A DNA stretch of 63,441 nucleotides, filler included, from Klebsormidium nitens (lineage: Eukaryota; Plantae; Klebsormidiophyceae): NCBI GenBank assembly GCA_000708835.1. It is 6 parts of 6 records of this genome, joined end to end, with 100 filler letters (N's around TTAATTAATTAA, not from the genome) between each part and the next. Parts side by side here need not be neighbours in the genome. Positions count along the whole stretch, not along the records: positions 52,573 to 59,478 come from DF238421.1; positions 59,579 to 60,639 come from DF237903.1; positions 60,740 to 62,095 come from DF237908.1; positions 62,196 to 63,441 come from DF238686.1; 2 more parts are not named here. One strand, given 5' to 3'. Of the stretch, positions 55,544 through 63,441 are shown piece after piece (the stretch's first letter is position 1; the number at the start of each line of letters is the position of its first letter). The position numbers and the translations under genes were made by a program. The notes beneath the pieces were generated by a model. It did no database searches and was not told the DNA's origin. It saw only the letters and a program-made list of their open reading frames with translations.

Positions 55544-58500
55544 ATGGAGGTTGTCAAGCGCAACGGTCTTCGTGAGCCAGTCTCCTTTGACAAGATCAGC
55601 CAGCGCCTTTCGAATTTGTGCAAGAACGTGCATCAGCCGTATGCTGAGGGCAAGGCTTATGGGCATTGGAGGCGTTCAAGGCGGGTGAAGGACATGTCTC
55701 TGCAGGTCACTGGTGGACCGCTCCTCAACGCAGATCCCGTCAAGATCGTTCAGAGGGTCAGTGTGTCGATTTATGACGGAGTGTCCACCGAGGAGATTGA
55801 CGTTCTGACCGCAGAGGTTGCAGAGACCCTGAAGACCTCCCATCCAGAGTATGGGATTCTGGCTGCGCGCATCGTGATCTCTAACCTGCACAAGAGCACC
55901 CCTGCAACCCTGCGCGGGTCGGTGGAGCTTCTCGGCCCTGGCCGCTGGGACGAGGCGCTGTACGAGCGCATCACAAAGGACGACGCGCTCTGTGATGCCC
56001 TGGAGGGAGCGATAGACCACGCCAGGTCCTATGGGCTCGACTACTTTGGGGCCAAGACCATGATCAAGGGCTACTTGCTGTGCAAGGAAGGGCGGCCTGC
56101 CGAGCGCCCCCAGTACATGTGGATGCGGGTCGCGCTGCACCTGCACGGGCCCGACAGGCTGGACCGCGTCCTGGAGACCTACGAGCTGCTGTCCTGCGGC
56201 TACTTCACGCATGCATCGCCGACCCTCTTCAACGCTGGCACGTGCCACCCCCAGGACAGGTATGGTATCTTTCTTGTACAGATAGAACCCNNNNNNNNNN
56301 NNNNNNNNNNNNNNNNNNNNNNNNNNNNNNNNNNNNNNNNNNNNNNNNNNNNNNNNNNNNNNNNNNNNNNNNNNNNNNNNNNNNNNNNNNNNNNNNNNNN
56401 NNNNNNNNNNNNNNNNNNNNNNNNNNNNNNNNNNNNNNNNNNNNNNNNNNNNNNNNNNNNNNNNNNNNNNNNNNNNNNNNNNNNNNNNNNNNNNNNNNNN
56501 NNNNNNNNNNNNNNNNNNNNNNNNNNNNNNNNNNNNNNNNNNNNNNNNNNNNNNNNNNNNNNNNNNNNNNNNNNNNNNNNNNNNNNNNNNNNNNNNNNNN
56601 NNNNNNNNNNNNNNNNNNNNNNNNNNNNNNNNNNNNNNNNNNNNNNNNNNNNNNNNNNNNNNNNNNNNNNNNNNNNNNNNNNNNNNNNNNNNNNNNNNNN
56701 NNNNNNNNNNNNNNNNNNNNNNNNNNNNNNNNNNNNNNNNNNNNNNNNNNNNNNNNNNNNNNNNNNNNNNNNNNNNNNNNNNNNNNNNNNNNNNNNNNNN
56801 NNNNNNNNNNNNNNNNNNNNNNNNNNNNNNNNNNNNNNNNNNNNNNNNNNNNNNNNNNNNNNNNNNNNNNNNNNNNNNNNNNNNNNNNNNNNNNNNNNNN
56901 NNNNNNNNNNNNNNNNNNNNNNNNNNNNNNNNNNNNNNNNNNNNNNNNNNNNNNNNNNNNNNNNNNNNNNNNNNNNNNNNNNNNNNNNNNNNNNNNNNNN
57001 NNNNNNNNNNNNNNNNNNNNNNNNNNNNNNNNNNNNNNNNNNNNNNNNNNNNNNNNNNNNNNNNNNNNNNNNNNNNNNNNNNNNNNACATCTTCAGGAAC
57101 AACGTCTGTCATCAGACTGCTGTTGCTTTGCCATGGTTCAACAAAGTCCATTCGGCCAACCTCTTCCGGAAGGACAAGTCTGTGTTGAACAAGACTCTCG
57201 CGCAACTTTGCCACTGTTAGCGCCCCTGCAGCTAAAGGATAGAGTATGACATGCTTAACACCTTCAGGAAGTGCAATTGTGATGTGGCGGTGCGTTGTGC
57301 ATACCAGAGGTGTTGCTGCAGCCTCTAAAGGTGCTTTAAACCCGCTGTCTGGTCTGATGCCATAGGCGTGCAGCCATGATTCAAGTTCAGTTGCGGGCAT
57401 TCTGACCCCCTTCGTGTGCAGGAAGAGGTCAGAGATCTGGCCAACTGTGAAGCCGACGTTCTGTTGCACCTTTTTGAAATGCTCACGAAGCCAGCATACA
57501 CCTCGCTTGGTACCGTCCATGGCTTTGAGAGGCATATCTACAAATACAAGGGTATTGTTCGGCTGAACAATACGCATTCCCCGCCTTCTCCTCTGCAGTA
57601 GCTGCTTCCTCTACGGCATGGGAGACGACCAGGACTCGATCGAGGGCATCTTTGACACGCTCAAAAAGTGTGCCCTGATCAGCAAGTGGGGTGGGGGCCT
57701 GGGCATACACGTCCACTCGATCCGCTCCAACGGAGCGGACATCAGGGGCACCGCAGGGAAGGCCACCGGCATCGTGCCCATGCTGCGCAACTTTGACGCC
57801 CTGGCCCGCTACGTCAACCAGGTTCGCCTCACTCTTTGAGATTCTGATATTGCCAAGAGTAAAGGATGGGTGTCGATCTCCGCCTCCGCCTGCACCGCTT
57901 CAGGTGTCTGCCCTTCTTGCACCACCTCTCGCTGGAGGCCAAGAGCCGTGATGGCCGGGAGACGGTTGTTATGGAGCATTTCCCCGAGCTTGACCCCGCG
58001 AATACGGACCCCCGTGTGCTGTCGCTTGTTGGTGTCAAGTTATTGAGCGATCCAAACCCCGAATTTGAGATCGTCTTCGAGGCTCACCCCGACCATACAA
58101 TCGAGACGCTTGCGCGCTTTTCGAGAAGCCGGCCCAGAAGATACTTCCTGTTCGTAAACGACTGCAGGACCCACAGCTTTGCAGTAATCAAGCACGCAAT
58201 GATGCCGCCCCCTGACATCGAGCCGATCAGGCGGGCAAGACCATCGTTGCAAGTGAAAGACGGTGTTGATTTCTGGAGGTTTGGACATTAAAGTTCTGTC
58301 TCTGCAGGGCGGCAAGCGCAAGGGATCAATTGCCATCTACTTGGAGCCCTGGCATGCGGACGTCTTTGACTTCCTGGAGCTGCGCAAGAACAGCGGGAAT
58401 GAGGAGATGCGGTGCCGCGACCTGTTTACGGCTCTGTGGGTGCCCGACCTATTCATCAGGCGCGTCGAGCAGGACGGGGTGTGGACCCTTTTTGACCCCG

Positions 58501-59478
58501 ACAAGGCCAGGGGCCTGTCCTATTGCTACGGAGAGGCCTTTGACGAGCTGTACGAGAGGTACGAGGCCACGCCCGGGCTTGCAAGCCGCGTGGTCCGCGC
58601 CAAGGCTGTCTGGAGCGCCATGCTGACCGCCCAGGTGGAGGGCGGCACGCCCTACGTGCTCTACAAGGACGCCGTCAACCGCAAGAGCAACCAGAAGCAC
58701 CTGGGGACCATCAAGAGCTCGAACCTCTGTGCTGGTAAGTGTTAGGCTTCGGGTGTCTGGGGTAGTGAGTCGGATGAGGCATCGTGAAAGACGGGAGATT
58801 CTACATCAAAGTGGGCCTTGGCACTGTCTTGCATGCAGGACAGCTTCGCTGCCAGCTTGTCCGGTTGAGTGAGGAACCTTTCCTTCTTCCTTTGCCTTGC
58901 GACAATGCAGCAGGCTGCTATCGCAGCGGCCAGTATCAGGTTGAGGGCCACGACTGCCAACTCGACCAAGAGAGCAAGCTCTCTCTCCATACAGAGATCA
59001 CGGAGTTTACCGCCAAGGATGAGGTGGCGGTCTGCTCCCTGGCCTCCCTTGCGCTGCCCCAGTTTGTCACCCTGGACTCGGACAACAAGCCGTTCTTTGA
59101 CATGAAGATGCTGCGCGAGGTCACCAAGGTGGCGATCCGCAACCTGGACCTGGTCGTGGACCGCACCTTCTACCCCGTGCCGGAGGCCCGCCGCTCCAAC
59201 ATGCTGCATCGCCCCCTCGGGCTGGGAGTCCAGGGCTTGGCGGACGTTTTTATGATGCTGCGCATGCCCTTCAGCTCGCCCGCGGCGAGGGCGCTCAACC
59301 GGGGCATCTTCCAGAGCATCTACTTTGCCGCTGTCGAGGCCTCGGTGGACCTCGCGGCTGAGCTGGGGCCTTACCCGAGCTTCCAGGGCTCCCCCGCCTC
59401 CCAAGGTTTCCTTCAGTTTGACCTGTGGGGCGTCAAGCCGTCCGAGATGGGCTACGACTGGGCCGGCCTCAAGGCGCG
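55544..59478 (+). CDS. RNR1: Ribonucleotide reductase class Ia large subunit, NCLDV-like, intron-containing, 3' end lost in gap
   Basis: Exons 55544-56259 (possible 78-nt in-frame intron 55628-55705), 57599-57821, 58308-58734, 58995->59478, phases 2,0,1 fit. ATP cone [82 protein letters not shown] and EEMRCRDLF resemble viral rather than plant RNR1, as I recall the families. Confidence 0.9.
57087..57577 (-). CDS. Hypothetical ORF nested antisense in RNR intron 56260-57598, running into a gap
   Basis: At least 163 open codons from ATG 57577 ([18 protein letters not shown]...), starting 21 nt from the RNR acceptor. Confidence 0.4.
57866..58291 (+). CDS. ORF nested in RNR intron 57822-58307; possible permuted papain-like (PPPDE/LRAT-type) peptidase
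   Basis: 141 aa filling 426 of 486 intron nt; His in FLHHLSLE precedes [12 protein letters not shown] (candidate catalytic Cys). Confidence 0.45.
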   Translation: MGVDLRLRLHRFRCLPFLHHLSLEAKSRDGRETVVMEHFPELDPANTDPRVLSLVGVKLLSDPNPEFEIVFEAHPDHTIETLARFSRSRPRRYFLFVNDCRTHSFAVIKHAMMPPPDIEPIRRARPSLQVKDGVDFWRFGH

Positions 59479-59578
59479 NNNNNNNNNNNNNNNNNNNNNN
59501 NNNNNNNNNNNNNNNNNNNNNNTTAATTAATTAANNNNNNNNNNNNNNNNNNNNNNNNNNNNNNNNNNNNNNNNNNNN

Positions 59579-60639
59579 CAACTCAAATTGGCGCATAAGT
59601 CAATCAGCCTGTGACGAAGCAACGCAAACCACTGCTGACAGCGACGTACCCCAGCCTGGAACGAAGCAAGGAACGCTAACAAAACACTGACAACGTTGCA
59701 ACTAGCTGTGCCCACTGTGGCGCAGCGCTAAACAATCTGTCAATGAAGCAAACCAGCTGTGCACCCTGTGGCGCAGCTCAAAACACCCCGGGCAACGATA
59801 ACAATCAGCTGCGCACTCTGCAGCGCACTCCCAAATCAGGCTGCTAACGATGCAAACCAGCCTGCAAGCGAGTCGAAACCACAAAACCTGACGTACAAGC
59901 CTGTCAGCATGCAAATCAGCCTGGGGCGACGCAATCAGCGCTCCTAAAATTCTGCCAGTACTGCAATCAGCGTCTCTGACGCACAATTAGTCTCCCAGTA
60001 AGCTGCCGCTGACATTAACCTGCCACGTACTCTGTGGCGCAACGCCAACACAACCTGACAGCAAATTGACCTGGTAACTATGCACAAAAGCTGACGACCT
60101 GCTAATCCTGGTCCCAACAGCCTGATACAAGAGCAAATCAGCTGGCAGTCCTGACGCCCACCTATTCTCTGAGCTGGCGTAAATCAATCAGCCTGCCTAT
60201 GGGCCACACAATGCCAACTTGCCCACAATGTCACACTGCAGCGGTAAGGCTACGCAAGCAACGTCCTGCACTGACAATGCTATGCAAGCTGATCAATGCA
60301 ATACAAAGCTATACAAGCAATGTCCTGGGGAGCAGGCCTCCAAGACCTGCTCCTCCCTTTCTGTCCTTGGGCCTAGGGCCCTAGTAGTACCGTAGTCTGA
60401 AGCACTTTCCTTGGGCCTCAGCCGCCTCGGCCGAGCCTAGCCTTACAGTGTATACACTTAAGTACACCTCAAATCAGCTCGGTGAGTCAAACCGCATTCA
60501 CCCCAATATACACTTAATTCCAGAGTCAAACAATCACCGTAAGACTCACAATACACACAAATTCACACAATTCACTCCAAATCACCGCACTGCAACCCGA
60601 GTGTATAAGTTCAGGGGGGTGTCGTACCCTGGCCTCTGG
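59579..60639 (+). mobile_element. Possible 3' part of an LTR retrotransposon: degenerate low-complexity region, polypurine tract and LTR start
   Basis: Recurrent CAA(A/T/C)CAGC motifs 59600-60190; AGGGGGG (60613-60619) followed directly by TGTCGTACC and then a gap. No gag/pol seen. Confidence 0.3.
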
Positions 60640-60789
60640 NNNNNNNNNNNNNNNNNNNNNNNNNNNNNNNNNNNNNNNNNNNNTTAATTAATTAANNNNN
60701 NNNNNNNNNNNNNNNNNNNNNNNNNNNNNNNNNNNNNNNCTACATTCCAGCGATAGAGTCGCCACACTCTTGACACTGTCCTAACTCAG

Positions 60790-63441
60790 CCAGTATTACC
60801 ATCGACTTCACGCTCCACTACTCGTTTCAGCCTGTGCCAAGCTTTCTTGTACTCGCGCGGGATCATGGATGATGTGTGTATGCCGTATGAGTGACCTGGA
60901 ATGATCTATCATTTTCATTTTCGCCGTTAGCCTGAGCGTCTCAGTCTATTCACCGACATGATATCGCAACGACATAAGACCGCATGACAGCATGCTCGCG
61001 GTTAGGAACACCCAGAATGTGCTGCCAAAACCTCGCTTGCGCTTAATTCTCGACCAAGTCCATCAATTGGATACACTTGCGGACAAGGTTTAAGAGAGAG
61101 TCTAAGGGAAGTTTATCCGATGTGACAAACTCTACATTCTCCTGATACCTATCCAGTCGCCGCACCGCATTACCTTCAGTGCTATTCTCCAACCACTTCC
61201 ACGCGTCCTCCAACGGAACGGGGAACGTGTACCATTATCGTGGAACACTCCCACGAATACTGCGCCGAGTCTGTCTATCATAGTCGGATCAAATCCTTGT
61301 GAAACCCTGTCAAGAATAGCAGGCGTGATGATCTGTTGGCTTGCAGCTCCTGCAATCCGTATAACTGGCTCACGTCCAACCTTGGCAACAGCTTGTCTTC
61401 ATCTTACTGAAACCTGCCATTCTGACCCGAATGCATGTCCCTATGGTCTCTTCTTATACGAATAGGAAGGGGTGTGCTTGACCACATATAAGGGGGCGCA
61501 TAACACATGCGGCATTAGTGGCTGGCCTCTAAACAACCTAACCGGCAATTCTAATTCTGACAAGACCTTTGTAATATGGTAGATTCCCGTATATATGCAC
61601 GGGAACCATACCCTCATGAATAGACCTTGTGACAAACATCTCCTACTCTTCTAAATGGGGCTATCCAATAGATCCAACAGATTTGACACGGTCTCTCGCA
61701 ACTTCGACCGAAGCCTGACGGACAAGCTCGGATCCATGATTGCTGGACTTTTCGATTGTCCGGGCAACACGTACCCCGTTCCATTCCAAGAAGCGTGGGG
61801 TGGCCCGAGTACAAAAGTAAGGCGAGAGCTTTGAGACGTTTGGATGAGTATGTGGAGAATGAGAATTGCACCAAATACGTTGTCTTTACCACAGATGCAG
61901 CACACGCTCATTTGTACTTACCTCACCACAGATTGCTACATACCTGCCCGTGCGCGGCCTTCGGATGCCACTGGTACACAGCCGGTGGGACAGCAAGCAA
62001 CAGTAGGGATAACATGAAGCTAGGCTGCTCCTCGTACCCGCCCGTGTGTGCCCATGCTGCAACTCAATCAAAATTGCGTGGTCAGCAAGATCAGTNNNNN
62101 NNNNNNNNNNNNNNNNNNNNNNNNNNNNNNNNNNNNNNNTTAATTAATTAANNNNNNNNNNNNNNNNNNNNNNNNNNNNNNNNNNNNNNNNNNNNCCAGA
62201 CATCTTTGTGGGTTTTCACGCATACCGTGCACTTGGAATGCGACGAGGATCAACACTCTGCGAGTCAAAGAAGCTCATGGAGCTCTTCCAGGATGCCAGC
62301 AACTGTCCGCCGGTGCAGCTCAGATTCAACCCAGACAGCGGTGGATCGAAATACCAGCAACTGAATTCTCTTTGCTCATTATTTTAAAGCTTCTCATCCT
62401 CTAAGAGCACCCAAGCTGCTTCAAGTACAGCAAGCTTGGTTCAGGGAGCTTGGTTCAGGGACCAGGCCATCTGGAAAGCCAGAATGAACGCTTACCTTGA
62501 GCGCCTGACGTACCATCTGATGCACATGCCCAATCGCGAAGTCATCATTGAGCACTTCTTCTATGATGAATGAGGAAGGCAACTTAAAGGCTCACCTCTT
62601 CGTGACGACCGGAGGCGTGTAGGTGAGCTTGGCGGCCTTGCAGATGTGACGGCACTTCTCCGCCCCTCTGCACAGCTGACAGGCCCAGGTATCGTCCGCT
62701 TTCTTCCCACACAGGACCCACTTCTTCTCCCCTTTCAGCTGGACCGCCCAGTAATCACCAGCTGCCTTGAAACCCAATTCGGACAGCGGCTTTGCCTTAT
62801 CTTGCTTCCCTTCCGGCTCGGACTGCTGCTGTTTCTTGGCTTTTCCCTTTTCCGATTTTGCCTCGGGCGGCAGTTCCCTCTCGCTGACGGGGGCTGTGAG
62901 CCCTTTCACGTCCACGAGCTGTTGCAGCACGCAGACATGAATGCAGGTGGCGCCCGAGCAGGAGGGACACCTCAGGATCCCGAGCCCATTGGTTGTTGTT
63001 GCGCACCCCAGGATCACGGCTTTGGGGAATTGCCTCTTCTCAAGGCTTGGTTCGACGAGCTGGAATCCGTTGTCCCCCTCCTTAAAGTCGGGCAGGAAGA
63101 AGAGAAAGTCCCCCGGCAAGGCCTTGCTGGTGAAGAGGCCCCGCTCCTTGATTGTTGCTGCCAGCTGCTGATAGTTCTCTGCCCGGCGGGCATCGTCATC
63201 GACAGCCGGCATGGGAGGGGCGATTAGCAGGGACGTAGCAAGGCAGGGGCGTTTGTCAGGCTGGGTTTTGAGGGCTGTCTCCGGTTTGCGTTTGGGTTTC
63301 TGGGGTTTCTGGGGTTTCTGGGCTTTGGTGTCATTGTAGAGGGTTTTGGGGCAGCTGCTCAGGCAGTCGCGCATCTTCGGGTTGGTCCCCGACGTGCTGC
63401 AGTGCCAGCAGCTGATGGGGTTCTGAGCCCAGGATCCGTCC
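60790..63441 (-). mobile_element. Multi-exon, partly decayed transposase-like gene with two SWIM-like zinc fingers (KDZ or MULE type, uncertain)
   Basis: Open frame from the window end to a donor near 62595, with CPSCSGATCIH and CQLCRGAEKCRH. Further minus-strand exon-like pieces near 62560-62495, 61900-61410 (with stops) and 60897-60797 (GHSYGIHTSSMIPREYKKAWHRLK). Confidence 0.4.

Overview
This is a eukaryotic, intron-rich genomic scaffold with several N gaps. The gene content (DiT2, TWD1/FKBP42, TGS1, plastid-targeted CreA-like protein) and GT-AG introns point to a streptophyte green alga, Klebsormidium-like; that assignment is an inference. Left to right: (1) a 7-exon, 898-aa chimeric gene with an SGT1-type TPR fused to a Crinkler/RHS-type P-loop NTPase and a restriction-endonuclease-like domain (428-5893); (2) an ~11.9 kb decayed Plavaka/CACTA-like DNA transposon with inverted subterminal repeat arrays and two divergent genes (~6.77-18.64 kb); (3) a damaged multi-exon gene ending in a Tudor domain (20.7-25.6 kb) and retro/MULE-like debris around gaps; (4) a block of intact host genes, DiT2, TWD1, CreA-like and TGS1 (31.1-51.3 kb); (5) a giant-virus (NCLDV)-like segment with an A18-type SF2 helicase and a ribonucleotide reductase large subunit whose spliceosomal-looking introns carry ORFs (52.6-59.5 kb); (6) LTR-like and transposase-like remnants. 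The most striking unexplained pattern is that introns next to conserved exons carry tandem, decaying 'echo' copies of the exon end plus its splice site. These are usually 127-164 bp apart, occur in at least four unrelated genes, and at one junction differ from the exon mostly at synonymous positions. All gene models and family calls were made by eye; no searches were run.
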